64,000 nucleotides of DNA. Source: an uncultured Methanoregulaceae archaeon. Lineage in GTDB: Archaea; Halobacteriota; Methanomicrobia; Methanomicrobiales; Methanospirillaceae. Numbering within the stretch: position 1 is the first letter of the stretch; each line of letters opens with the position of its first letter. A model generated the notes under the pieces. The model searched no databases and was not told where the DNA came from. It was given only the letters and a program-made list of their open reading frames with translations. The translations under genes were made by a program, and so were the position numbers. Positions 19,218 through 30,494 of this stretch are shown here, piece after piece. The stretch lies in the NCBI GenBank assembly GCA_963717525.1, contig OY970343.1, positions 416,001-480,000 of the forward strand, in the 5' to 3' direction.

Positions 19218-19958
19218 TCACAGGATCGGTGCACCCGTCACAAAATACAACACAAGTAAGATCACCGGCTGGTGAATGAGATAGATCAGAAGCGAGTGCC
19301 TGCCCAGGAAGGTTACCGGGGCAATCGCCTGCTCGGGGAGTTTCGGGAGCGCCCACCGTCGCACTCCCCCGGGATAGGCAAACTCCCCGAAGGCAAGCCC
19401 GATCAGCACGAGGCCCATCCACGGGAAGATGGGCGTATAATCAACGCTCTGGAACGTCAGCGGGTGGATGCCAAAGACCAGGAGCCCCATCGGGCCGGGG
19501 ATAGTTGCGAGGATCCACCCGAGAGCGATAAAGATGATCCCGATCACCGCGTTCCAGGTACGGAACCGGAAGAAGAGCGGCGAGAGCATGACCGCGACCC
19601 CGATCAGGTGGAGGATACCGAAGATGACGTACCCTTGCTGCAGGTACCACCAGGTGGCAACGGTGACAAGGAGACCGCAGCAGAAGATCCCGCCGCCCCG
19701 GAGGAGGAACTTCTGCACGAGCGCCCGGCCTTGGAGCCGGTTCGCAGCACGGGCATGGCTGATCGAGAGCGATACCCCGACAATAAGCAGGAAGAGCGAG
19801 GCAGTGGCATAGGCAAAGTACCTCCAGAAGCCATCCATGACATCGAACGGTACGATCCGGAAAAACGTGAGATCAAATATGGTGTGAAAAAGGATCATCA
19901 TCAGGATGGCGATTCCCCGGAGGAGATCGATCTCGGGGTATCGTGCCGGGCCGCTCAT
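19218..19958 (-). CDS. DUF1624 / heparan-alpha-glucosaminide N-acetyltransferase-like membrane protein
   Basis: RYPEIDLLRGIAILMMILFH, FGILHLIG, DYTPIFPW, GRHSLLIYLIHQP. Confidence 0.85.
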   Translation of the reverse strand: MSGPARYPEIDLLRGIAILMMILFHTIFDLTFFRIVPFDVMDGFWRYFAYATASLFLLIVGVSLSISHARAANRLQGRALVQKFLLRGGGIFCCGLLVTVATWWYLQQGYVIFGILHLIGVAVMLSPLFFRFRTWNAVIGIIFIALGWILATIPGPMGLLVFGIHPLTFQSVDYTPIFPWMGLVLIGLAFGEFAYPGGVRRWALPKLPEQAIAPVTFLGRHSLLIYLIHQPVILLVLYFVTGAPIL

Positions 19959-20131
19959 GAGTACCTGGTACAATCGATGCCGGGTTCTGATATGTGTTTG
20001 GAAAGATTTGCTGCCGGGGTTGGTATACCCGTTTTTATACCGCTGAACACATGAGATTCAGTCGGAGAGAGATTCTTAAAACGTATGAGGGAAATTTCAA
20101 TTGAAGAAGAGATTTGACCCTGAAGGGGAAA

Positions 20132-20216
20132 TGCGAGGGATGGGATTCGAACCCAAGAACTCCTGCGAGACCAGGCCCTGAACCTGGCGCCGTTGACCTG
20201 GCTTGGCTACCCTCGC
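20132..20216 (-). tRNA. tRNA-Leu (anticodon CAG)
   Basis: GCGAGGGTAGCCAAGCCAGGTCAACGGCG-CCAGG-TTCAGGG-CCTGG, long variable arm, GGTTCGAATCC, CCCTCGCA; no encoded CCA. Confidence 0.95.
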
Positions 20217-20274
20217 GCCTGTATAGATTATGTTCCCGGTTTAATAAAGGTAAGGGGAAATTGTAAGGGTGAAC

Positions 20275-22162
20275 TTATGCCTTCTTCCCGTTGTTGGTCT
20301 CACTCTGGTACTTCTTCATTTCGCGTTCACGCAGTTCGTTTCTCCGGATCTTACCGGAAATGTTCTTGGGCAGCGAGTCCACAAACTCAATGGCACGCGG
20401 GATATTTGTACGGTGCGGTGACCTTCTTTACATGGTTCTGGATCTCCCGTCCGAGCGCTTCCGACGGGGTAAAACCCGGTTTCAGGATGATAAAGGCCTT
20501 GACAATAAGCCCGCGAATCTCGTCGGGTGAACCGACCACAGCCGCTTCCTGGACTGAGGGATGTTCGATGAGTGCACTCTCCACCTCGAAAGGCCCGATC
20601 CGGTACCGGAGGCCTTTATCACGTCGTCGTCACGACCGATGAACCAGAGGTAGCCGTCCTCGTCGCGGTATGCCTTGTCGCCGGTATAGTACCAGTCGCC
20701 GATAAATGACTTCCTGTTGTCCTCGGGGTTGTTCAGGTATTCCCGGAACATGCCCACCGGTCGCGGGTTGACCCTGATCGCGATCTTTCCTTCCTGATGG
20801 ACACCGACTTCTATCCCGTTGTCATCATGCAGCTCGATGTGCCACCCGGGGGAGGGTTTCCCCATGGACCCGAACTTGGGGGTCATGCCGGGGAACGTGC
20901 CCACGCAGAGCACCGTCTCTGTCTGGCCGTACCCCTCGTAGATGGTCAGGCCGGTTGCGTCTTTCCAGGCCTTGATCACTTCGGGATTGAGTGGTTCTCC
21001 CGCACTAACGCAGTGCCGGAGTTCGGTAAAGTCGAACTTATCGAGGTCGGCAAGGATCAGCATCCGGTAGATGGTCGGCGGGCAGCAGAAGGTAGAGATG
21101 CCATACTTCTCAATCAGTGGGAGGAGCTCGGTGGCATTGAATTTTCCGCGAATATCATAGACAAAGATCGCGGCCCCCTCGATCCACTGTCCGTAGAACT
21201 TGCCCCAGGCACTCTTGGCCCAGCCGGTGTCGGAGTTCGTGAAGTGAAGGTCGTTTGAATGGACATCGTGCCAGAACCGGACCGTGACGATATGCCCCAG
21301 CGGGTAACTCTGGTCATGGAGCACCATCTTGGGCTCCCCGGTTGTACCGGAAGTAAAGAAGATCACGCAGCGGGTCGGTGCTCCGGGTCTTTTTCGCCCC
21401 CGGTATGTTTACGATCTTTGTAGAGACCGGCGCCGGGTAGTCCATCTCTACCGGGTAACTGATCCAGCCGTCGCGCTTGCCATCGATCAGCATCTTGCAG
21501 GTGAGCGAGGGGCATTCCTTTGCAATTGCATCGATCTTGTCGGCGTGCTCCGAGCTCGTGATCACCATCTTGATATCTGCGAGGTTGATCCGGTATTTCA
21601 GGTCTTTTGGGGTGAGCATGGTGGGGGCCGGGCAGTATACTGCACCACGCTTGATCAGTGCAAGGGTAAACGTCCACCATTCCGGTACCCGCGGAAGCAT
21701 GATCAGGGCCCGCTCTCCCTTGTTGAGCCCGTACTTGATCAGCATGTTCACGATCTGGTTGGACATCAACTTTAATTCCCGGAACGTGAATTTCTTCTCT
21801 TCCCCTTTCTGGTTCACCCAGATCATGGCGAGTTTGTTCCGGTCACGGTCTGCCCATGCATCGATCACATCAAACCCGAAGTTAAAGTATTCCGGGACAT
21901 CGATCCGGAAATTGCGGTAGGTCTCTTCGTAATCGCCGATATTGTGGTGGTCGGGGGGATATACCGGGCTGACGAAAGGGAGAATCGGTGTACCTGCTGA
22001 AGGTGCACCACCGGTACCGGCACCTGACGCCGCACTGGTACCTGCGATCCGGTCTGAACAGGCTTCGCTGATCCAGTCCGAGCGTGAAATCTTTCGTTGT
22101 TCGCATGCCTTGTCGATACGGGTAGACAGGGTATTGTCCATGGATATTGAATACCGCACCAT
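20275..22162 (-). CDS. Acyl-CoA synthetase (ACSM-like AMP-binding enzyme) with N-terminal ribbon-helix-helix domain; apparent frameshifts near 21367, 20605 and 20400
   Basis: N-terminus [87 protein letters not shown]...SGKIRR after rejoining frames. Confidence 0.88.
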
Positions 22163-22521
22163 ACCAGTGCTGTTTGCTGGTGCACTTTATCAGGGTTTTG
22201 CTTTTTTGGTGCACCATTGCCCGTCCTAAAGGGAAAATCCTGTGATTATGAGATATTGATATTTCATGGTGTCTGTACCGTGGTATTTGTGGAACCCCCG
22301 TTGTTGCTTTGTACCAGGTAAAAATTCGGTGTTCCTGAATAACGTGAGGGTAATTCCGGTACGTGCCGGAAAATTCTGGTGCATGTCCCGGCCGGTTTCA
22401 GGTGTACCGGATCATTCTAACCGGTTTTTGCAGCCGGTATTTCCGATGCAATGCCGGATCTCTTCGACCGTCAATGGTTACATCCTAGAAAAAAAATTAT
22501 GCTGGAACGGCTTTCTTTCGC

Positions 22522-24188
22522 TTACCTGAACTCCCGGTACTTCCGCAGCTCCCGCTCGCGGAGCTCTGCCCGCCGGATCTTGCCGGAGTGAGTCTTCGGT
22601 AGTTCGGTGACAAACTCTATGGCCCGGGGTACTTGTACGGCGCTGTCGTACGTTTCACGTAACCCTTGATCTCTTTGATAAGCGTCTCTGATGGCTCGTA
22701 TCCCTTGTTTAAGACAACGAATGCCTTCACAATCAGGCCCCTGATCCGGTCCGGTGCTCCTACGACTGCGGCTTCCTGCACGGCCGGGTGCTCGAGCAAT
22801 GCGCTCTCGACCTCAAATGGCCCGATCCGGTAGCCGGATGACTTGATCACGTCGTCATCCCGGCCGACGAACCAGAAGAACCCCTCTTCGTCCCGGTAGG
22901 CTTTGTCACCCGTGTAGTACCATCCGTTGACAAACGCTTTTTTGTTCTCATCAGGGTTGTCAAGGTACTCCACGAAAAGGCCCGGGGGAGGGGGGTTGCA
23001 GGAGATCGCGATCCTGCCCTCCTCGCGGCCGCCGACCGGCCGCCCCTCGTCATCATGGATCTCCACGTCCCAGCAAGGCGAGGGCTTCCCCATGGAGCCT
23101 GGCCGCACTTCAAGGCATGGGAATTCGGCGACGCAGCAGCAGGTCTCGCTCTGGCCATAGCCTTCCCGGATAGCGAGGCCGGTTCCTTCCTTCCAGACCC
23201 GGATCACCTCGGGGTTGAGCGGCTCGCCAGCACTGGTGCAGTGCCGGAGAGATGAGAGGTCGAATTTGTCAAGGTCCGCGAGGATCAGCATCCGGTAGAC
23301 CGTAGGCGGGCAGCAGAACGTCGTGATCTGGTACCTTTCAAGGAGCGGGAGTATCTCGGTTGCGTTGAACTTTCCGGTAAAGTTGTACACGAAGAGGCAT
23401 GCCCCCTCTATCCACTGCCCGAAGATCTTGCCCCACCCGCATTTTGCCCAGCCGGTATCGGTGACCGTGAAGTGGAGATCGTTGTGCCGGATATCCTGCC
23501 AGAACCGGGCGGTGATGATCTGGCCGAGTGGATGATCGTGGTTGTGGAGCACCATCTTTGGCTCCCCCACGGTGCCGGAGGTGAAGTAGATCAGCATCGG
23601 GTCAGAACTTTTCGTGCGGTGCTCCTCAGGATTAGATACAGAACGGTGCGAGACCGGCGCCGGGTAGAGGAGCTGGTACGGCCAGCTTGCCCAGCCCTTG
23701 AGCTCGCCATCCACCACAAACCGGCAGGCAAGGGTCGGGCACTCGTTGCAGATCTCCTCCACCTTGCCGGCATTTTCGAGATCGGTGATGATCATCCGGA
23801 ATTTGCCCTTGTTGACCCGGTACTTGATATCCCGGGGGGTGAGCATGGTCGGGCAGGGGCAGAAGACAGCGCCCAGCTTGATGAGGGCGACCACGAAGAT
23901 CCACCACTCGGGGATCCGGGGCAGCATGATGAGGACACGATCTCCCTTGTTGATCCCGTACTTCAGAAGGACGTTTGCCGCCTGGTTGGAGAGGTTGGAC
24001 ATATCAAGGAAACTGAACTTTTTCTCTTCGCCGTGCTGGTTTGCCCAGATCATGGCGAGCTTATTCCGGTCCTTCTTTGCCCACGCATCGACCACGTCAA
24101 AGCCGAAATTGAAGTACTCGGGGACCTCAATCTTAAACGTCGCCTTTGCCAGATCGTAATCTTCCATGTTATGCTGGTCTTCGCCCAT
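22522..24188 (-). CDS. Acyl-CoA synthetase (ACSM-like), tandem paralog; apparent frameshift near 22626
   Basis: [42 protein letters not shown]; the C-terminus LPKTHSGKIRR continues in the shifted frame to the stop at 22522. Confidence 0.9.
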
Positions 24189-24376
24189 AAAAATCAGCCT
24201 TGATAATGCCGGAATATTGACGATGTTTCCATTTCAATCTGTCTTTTGGCTCTTCTGAACCAAGCGTAAAGCCCTGCCGGTTTTTTAATCCTGCGTCCGT
24301 CTCCGTCAGAGGTGAGAACAGGGACATAAAGATTCTCCATTAGTATTATGATTGGACAGACTGCATAGTATACAGG

Positions 24377-24931
24377 ATGGCTGACAAACGGTACGATTCA
24401 TTAAAAATTGAGAATGTCGTGGCTTCAGGAGTCATCGCCGAGTCCATAGACCTCAACGAGGTATCCAGCAAGATCAAGAGCTGCGAGCTCAATACCAAAA
24501 GGTTCCCCGGTGCTGTCTATCGCATCGAGAACCCGAAGATCGCATCCCTGATTTTTTCCTCGGGCAAAGTTGTGCTTACTGGTATCCGCGATGACAAAGC
24601 ATTAAAAGACGGCCTTGCCATTATTATCAAGTCCCTCAAGGAAGCGGGCGTCAAGACGCTGGACAAGCCCCGGGTTGCAATCACCAATATCGTCTGCTCT
24701 TATGATATCGGCAAGTACATCAACCTCAACAAGGTCGTTGTCACCCTCAATCTCGAGAACATCGAGTACGAACCCGAGCAGTTCCCGGGCCTTGTGTACC
24801 GGATCAAGGACCCAAAAATTGTCGCACTCCTCTTCTCTTCGGGAAAGATCATCTTAACCGGCGGGAAAAACCTCGAAGATATCAAAAAAGGCCTCGACTT
24901 CCTCGAACAGAAACTTGAAAGCATTATGTAA
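24377..24931 (+). CDS. tbp: TATA-box binding protein
   Basis: Two TBP repeats: IENVVAS...FPGAVYR...LIFSSGKVVLTG and NIVCS...YEPEQFPGLVYR...LFSSGKIILTG. Confidence 0.97.
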   Translation: MADKRYDSLKIENVVASGVIAESIDLNEVSSKIKSCELNTKRFPGAVYRIENPKIASLIFSSGKVVLTGIRDDKALKDGLAIIIKSLKEAGVKTLDKPRVAITNIVCSYDIGKYINLNKVVVTLNLENIEYEPEQFPGLVYRIKDPKIVALLFSSGKIILTGGKNLEDIKKGLDFLEQKLESIM

Positions 24932-25579
24932 ATACCGATGCCCGTACCTGGTACCGCGATCTTTTTTCCTGAAACATTTTTCCCATTTTCAGAAAAATCC
25001 TGCAGCTCCTGCCATGCCCTCAAGTTTCACCGGACCCTGTAACGGCAGTCCCTTGGGACATCCAATCCTCTCTTCATTCCGTCTCCCACCCTCACGTTCT
25101 CTTTATAAAGGGGGTTCAGCCGGACCTGCATTCATCCACGATCAGCTTTCCGACGGAGAGTATTTGGGAGGGATCTGTGCCCGGGAAGTTCCAGTGGAAA
25201 CAGTGCCAACACCCGACATAATTTCTGATAAAAATCAGTATTTTGTTAAACGGGCCGTTTTAATGAGGAAAAAACCGTGCAATTTAGCGGCGTTCTTTTA
25301 ATCACGAAAAAATGAAAAGAGAAAAGGCTATGCGAAGCTCCGGAAGGCTTTAAAATGCATCCATGGCCGAAAAATAACAGGGGTCCTGTAGTCGGAAAGG
25401 GTGGCCCTTTTTTTGGGAAATTGTACGTCATCCGCGACCCAAACCCTATCAGGATTGCAGGAACGGTCATCCGGTTGAAGAGATACACTGTTTTTACCGA
25501 AAATCTCCCACACTGACCGATGGGAATTATCCACGGATACGATCACTGTAGATTTTTCCTCTGTCCCTGACGTGTATCC

Positions 25580-28273
25580 TTACGACCAGTACCGGTGCGT
25601 CTGGATAAAGTTCCGCTCGGCCTTGAGGATCTCGCGGTAAAAGGCATCATCTTCGGCAAGTGTGGCAAGGATCCGTGATGCGTTCTCAGGACCCACGCCC
25701 CGGGCCGAGAGTGCAATCACCGCTTTTTTCCCGCTCGACAGCACAATGTTTGCGTTCCGGAGGAGGCGCTGCTCGACGACTCTCTCCTCCTCGTTTTTCT
25801 TCTTCTTCGAGACGAGTTCGTAAGAGTCTGCCTCGTACGGTTTGAGCGCAGCAATCAGGCGGGCGCCGCACTTCGGGCATTGGGGGAGCTCCGGCACCCG
25901 GGCGACTACTGTGCGGCTCTTCCAGTTCCGGCAGTTCATGCAGGCAAGTACGACCTCGTCCTGTTCGAGCCTTCGTTTCAGGGTCGCAAGCACGGCCTGG
26001 TCAGCGGTTGGCGGCGGGATCTGGTCCCGGGAGGAGAGGATCCCCTCCGCTCCGATGATCGAGTGGGGCCCGATGGCAACCTCGATCTCACCTGCTTTGA
26101 TGAGACTTATTATATGCGCTGCAGCATCAACGTCCATGTATCCCGACAGCAGCTCGCGGTATGCTTCCCGCTGGACAACCGTGTTATCGAAATAGTCGAG
26201 CAGCCGCTGGATGCTTATTTTTTCATAATCGGCATCCGGGTCGATCGCACCAAATTTTTTTGCGATCTGGACCAGTTTCCACTTAAAGAGCGCGGTGCGC
26301 TTGAGGGCAAGCTTGAGGATGCCGGGCATGTGGGCGGGTTCAAGGGACAAAAGGAAGTCGCGGACGTCTGCGGCCCGGACCTCGGAGGGGAGACGCAGCA
26401 GGATCCGGTACGCGTCCAGTTCGATTCCCACCGTCGACCCGTACCGTGCCGAGATCAGGATCGAAAGCACCCGGCCCAGCGCCTCATTTGCCTTGTGGCC
26501 GGCGCAGACGTTGCAGACCACGCCATCGTCGATGTTCTCAAATGTGATGAGCCGGTCGGTCGGAATTTTGCACCGGTTCTTTTCCATCTCGGAGAGGATA
26601 TGGGAAGCAAAAACGATGCTCTCTTTTTCCCTGGTGTACTGCGCCGTAGTGCGCTCGCGCCGGATCGCCCCGGCTTCACGTGCGACCGCAAAGGGGACCG
26701 GGATCTGTTCGCCTTCCCATGAAGGGAGCTCACCTATCGCTTTCTTGGCGGGTTCTACCGTAAGCCTCCCGTCATTTATTTCCAGGACCCTCCAGAGCTG
26801 TCCCTTGGTGATGAACACCGCCCCGGTGTGTACCCAGCCGACCACGAACGATTCATCGAGTGTGCCCACGGTCCGCCGCGAGACCATGTCAAAGACCGGG
26901 ATCTTGCGCTCGTCATGGATCATCGAGAGGTTGCCCGAGAGGTACCGCCGGGCCCGTGCGGTAGTGATAATCCGGCTGCCGTCAATCCGGATGAGCCGGT
27001 GTTCCTCGAGCTGGGTGCAGACATCATCGAGGAGCGTGCCGGAGTTTGTAAAAAGGGAGGTGCGCTCCACGATCGTCCGGATCCGGGACCGCTCGATCTC
27101 GCCGTATTCCACGGCCATGGCCGCAACCTGATTGGCGAGTACGTCCGCCGCGTCTGCATCCGGAACAACCGGCTCGATCTCGTTTGCCTGCGCCCGCCTG
27201 GAGATCACAAGGGACTCCAACAGGTCGTCAAAACCGGTGGCGAGGATTGTGCCCCGGGAGATGGTGTTGAGCTGGTGACCGGCGCGTCCCACCCGCTGCA
27301 CCAGCCGGGCGACCTCGCGGGGGGAGCCGAACTGGATCACGTGGTCGACCCTTCCGATATCAATCCCGAGTTCCATGGAAGAGGTACAGATGAGGGTACG
27401 GATCTCGCCTTTCTTGAACCGGTCCTCGGCGTCGATGCGGATTTCTTTTGAGAGCGAACCGTGGTGGACCTCAACGTCTCCCCGGGCATACAGTGCGTGA
27501 CCGAGGGCCTCGGCGGTCACCCGGGTGTTGACAAAAACAAGCGTCGAACCCTCCCGGTCGAGCGCACGTTCGAGCGCCTGTACCTGGTGTTTGAAGTTGT
27601 CCCCGACAAAACTGACCGAAATATCCAGTTGTTTTGCCACCGGCACCTGCACGATCTCGCAGGGTCTCGCCCCGCAGAGGAAATTTGCGATTGTCTCCGG
27701 GTTCCCGACCGTTGCAGAAAGCCCGATTCGCTGGAATTCGCCGGCATACTCCGCGAGCCGTTCGAGTGCGATGGCGAGCTGCGCTCCTCTCTTGCTCGCA
27801 GCCATCTCGTGGATCTCATCGATTATCACAAAATGTACGTGTTCGAGATGCTTGCGCAGCCTTTTACCCATAAATAATGCCTGGAGCGTCTCCGGAGTGG
27901 TGATGAGGAGATCTGGCGGGGAAAGTGCCTGCTTCCTGCGCTCTCCCAGGGGGGTATCCCCGTGACGGACACCTACGCTCAGGCCCAGCTCCCGGCACCA
28001 CCACTCCATCCTCGCAAGGATATCCCGGTTAAGGGAGCGCAAGGGAGTAACGTAGATCGCCTTGAACCCTCCCCCGGCAGGCATTTTGAGAAGGGCATCA
28101 AAGACCGGGAACATCGCGCTCTCGGTCTTGCCGGTGCCGGTCGGGGCGATCAGGACGAGATTCTTCTTTTGTAAGATAAGGGGGATTGCCTGCTCCTGTG
28201 CAGGGGAGAGCCGGGTGAACCCCCGTTTTCTGATACACGAGCGGACGTGGTCACCGAGCAGTTCAAGTGCCAT
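25580..28273 (-). CDS. Lhr-like SF2 DEAD/DEAH helicase with C-terminal zinc finger
   Basis: APTGTGKT, PLRSLNRD, TTPETL, DEIHE, SAT, HHGSL, ELGIDIG, QRVGRAGH, PSWEGE, CxxC...CPKCG. Confidence 0.92.
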   Translation of the reverse strand: MALELLGDHVRSCIRKRGFTRLSPAQEQAIPLILQKKNLVLIAPTGTGKTESAMFPVFDALLKMPAGGGFKAIYVTPLRSLNRDILARMEWWCRELGLSVGVRHGDTPLGERRKQALSPPDLLITTPETLQALFMGKRLRKHLEHVHFVIIDEIHEMAASKRGAQLAIALERLAEYAGEFQRIGLSATVGNPETIANFLCGARPCEIVQVPVAKQLDISVSFVGDNFKHQVQALERALDREGSTLVFVNTRVTAEALGHALYARGDVEVHHGSLSKEIRIDAEDRFKKGEIRTLICTSSMELGIDIGRVDHVIQFGSPREVARLVQRVGRAGHQLNTISRGTILATGFDDLLESLVISRRAQANEIEPVVPDADAADVLANQVAAMAVEYGEIERSRIRTIVERTSLFTNSGTLLDDVCTQLEEHRLIRIDGSRIITTARARRYLSGNLSMIHDERKIPVFDMVSRRTVGTLDESFVVGWVHTGAVFITKGQLWRVLEINDGRLTVEPAKKAIGELPSWEGEQIPVPFAVAREAGAIRRERTTAQYTREKESIVFASHILSEMEKNRCKIPTDRLITFENIDDGVVCNVCAGHKANEALGRVLSILISARYGSTVGIELDAYRILLRLPSEVRAADVRDFLLSLEPAHMPGILKLALKRTALFKWKLVQIAKKFGAIDPDADYEKISIQRLLDYFDNTVVQREAYRELLSGYMDVDAAAHIISLIKAGEIEVAIGPHSIIGAEGILSSRDQIPPPTADQAVLATLKRRLEQDEVVLACMNCRNWKSRTVVARVPELPQCPKCGARLIAALKPYEADSYELVSKKKKNEEERVVEQRLLRNANIVLSSGKKAVIALSARGVGPENASRILATLAEDDAFYREILKAERNFIQTHRYWS

Positions 28274-29048
28274 GGCGATCCTTCCTCGTTTTCTCATTCA
28301 CATTATCGTCGTCAAGCAGCATCGAGAGAGGCCCGATATATGTCCCGTCGGCAAGAATGACCTCCGCGCCATCCTGCTTCATGCACCGCGAGATAGGTGA
28401 GAACGGGTCACGGGAAATTTTGACAATATCGTACCCGGCAATTTCGTTGAACGCGGGCACGAACAAGACCCTGTCAGGCCCCCCGCCCTCCACTGTTTTG
28501 AGGCCGAGCGCCGGTGCATCGATCGTCGCCCGCAGGTAGGCCGGTGCCACAAGAGAGCAGCCCACATGGTCGCGCAGGCTCACCTGCGGGTGGTGGTGGC
28601 CCATGACAAGGAGATGGCCGCCAAGGTCCGGGGCCGGGTAGGTATGACCGTGGAGGTATGCAATGCCGTCGATAACCGCGCCCTCCTTTGGCTGGAGTTC
28701 CCCTTCCTGAAGGAACCGTTCGATACCGATGTCGTGGTTTCCCGGGAAGACAAGGATCGGGATGCGGCGCCGGATTGAATCAAGGATGCCCGGGATCTCT
28801 GTCCACTCCTGCCGGGTGAGCGAAGGGATGCTGTGCTTGATATCCCCAAGGAGGACAAGCCGGTCCGGCTCCGTCGCATCCAGGGTCTGCATGATCCTTG
28901 AGAGACGCTCCCTGCTATGGCTCCTGAAATGCATGCCATGGGCGGCAAGGTCGGCCTCGATCCCGAAATGGAGATCGGCAATGATGAGCAGGCGCTCGGT
29001 GTTCTCGATCACAAGCGCCGGGCCGTCCCTGACAAACTCCATCCTCAT
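28263..29048 (-). CDS. Metallophosphoesterase (Lhr-associated MPE type)
   Basis: ADLHFG, LGDIKH, GNHD, HGH, GHHHP, PAFN. Confidence 0.88.
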   Translation of the reverse strand: MRMEFVRDGPALVIENTERLLIIADLHFGIEADLAAHGMHFRSHSRERLSRIMQTLDATEPDRLVLLGDIKHSIPSLTRQEWTEIPGILDSIRRRIPILVFPGNHDIGIERFLQEGELQPKEGAVIDGIAYLHGHTYPAPDLGGHLLVMGHHHPQVSLRDHVGCSLVAPAYLRATIDAPALGLKTVEGGGPDRVLFVPAFNEIAGYDIVKISRDPFSPISRCMKQDGAEVILADGTYIGPLSMLLDDDNVNEKTRKDRHGT

Positions 29049-29818
29049 AACGGTTTGACGTATCCTTTCTGGGGCTGGTAACAGTCATCGCTGGTTACCA
29101 GGCTTTCGATTGCGGCAAGCACCGCTGCCTGCGTGTACCCCTGTGAACCTGCCTTCTCGATTACATCCTGTACGGCAACTCCGCGGGGGCCGCTTTCGGC
29201 GCAAATGATCTCCATCACCGCTGCGCTGATATCGGCCTCTGCGGCCGGCGGTGCTTCGGGACTGGTACTTACGCTGGTAAGCGCACCATCGATTATCGTG
29301 ACCATGCCGCGGAGCTGCTCCCGGGTGAGACCGTAGTGCCGGATAACGCGGGTCGCCCGGGCATCGCTGGTATCCCCATCAAGAGCTGCAAGAAGCCGTT
29401 CGATCCGGGCGAGTGTCATGTCCGCTGCCGTTACGATCCACCGGTTGCGGGTGGCCTTGTCAATAACCCGGACGTACTCTGGCCTGACCGAGACTGCCCA
29501 GCTCCCGTTCTTCTTATACAACTGTGCGATCCCTGTCACTGCGACAAAGGATGGCACCGGGATCGCACGGAGCTGTTCAGCCACTGCCCCCCGCCGGCCT
29601 CCCGTGACCAGATCGAACGCACCGGTCGGGTCAGCAAGACGGCAGAACAGGACATCGGTGACTTCAGTGACTTCGGTCAGCGCACCGCAGAGATAGAGCG
29701 ACCGGCACCAGGCCCCGCCCGGGGTCACGACCCACGCCGAGCTTTCGGAACCTTCGTCAGGCACGGCAAAGGTTGCCTCTCGAAAATCTCCGGCAAAAAC
29801 GCGGGCTGCACCTTCCAT
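29045..29818 (-). CDS. RPA-associated OB-fold protein with C-terminal winged helix
   Basis: ARVFAGDF, VVTPGGAWC, GALTEV, ADPTGAF, SVRPE, C-terminal CYQPQKGYVK. Confidence 0.72.
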   Translation of the reverse strand: MEGAARVFAGDFREATFAVPDEGSESSAWVVTPGGAWCRSLYLCGALTEVTEVTDVLFCRLADPTGAFDLVTGGRRGAVAEQLRAIPVPSFVAVTGIAQLYKKNGSWAVSVRPEYVRVIDKATRNRWIVTAADMTLARIERLLAALDGDTSDARATRVIRHYGLTREQLRGMVTIIDGALTSVSTSPEAPPAAEADISAAVMEIICAESGPRGVAVQDVIEKAGSQGYTQAAVLAAIESLVTSDDCYQPQKGYVKPL

Positions 29819-29934
29819 GGTTGTGATAAGTACTTGCAAAAGAGAGGTATTCAAGGTATAGGCATTGATAAACGGCCCGGGAATGCGGGATAGCCGGCGA
29901 AGAGGAGGAAAATAATCCTGAAAAAGGAATTATA

Positions 29935-30466
29935 TCAGGGGTGTTTCAGGGTCGAGTCGAGTGCCGACGCGTTCGCGTACGCTGCATCCGCTTCTGCGCT
30001 TCTTCCCAGCGCATTCAGGGCGTTTGCCTTGTTGTAATATGCGATGGCCCGCAGGGTGGTCAGGTTTCCGGGCGCGTTGATCGCTACATCAGCCGCATCA
30101 ATCGCCTCGTTGTAACGGCCCAATTCGACGAGAATCCCTGCCCGGTTCGACTGGATCAGTGGAGTGAGAGAACTGACGTTCTCTGCAAGTGCAGCATCGG
30201 CATCTGAAAGAGCGTCCTGGTAATTCCCGGCGTTTGCCAGATCGACACTCTTTGAGGTACAATGCCCCTGCCGATGTAAATGGGGAAGTCTCATTTGCTG
30301 ATGTATTTACCGTTGCTTCCGGCCCCCATGGCCCCTGCTTTGTCAGGACAAGACCGGCAATAATCGCGATGCAAATTACAAGGACAATCCCGATCGCGAG
30401 GATATACGCTCTCGGGATCCTTCTTTTGATTTTTTCCTCAGATTGTGCGTTTTTCTTACGGCTCAT
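29935..30466 (-). CDS. Membrane-anchored TPR protein; apparent frameshift near 30257
   Basis: Basic N-terminus with one TM helix (30098-30466 frame) joined to TPR motifs NRAGILVELGRYNEA and YYNKANALNALGR (29935-30294 frame). Confidence 0.72.
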
Positions 30467-30494
30467 AAGCGTACTAAATGGGGGAGAGGGACGA

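Noticed and set aside
19218..20216. Integrated element at tRNA-Leu
   Set aside because: No integrase and no duplicated tRNA 3' end seen in the window
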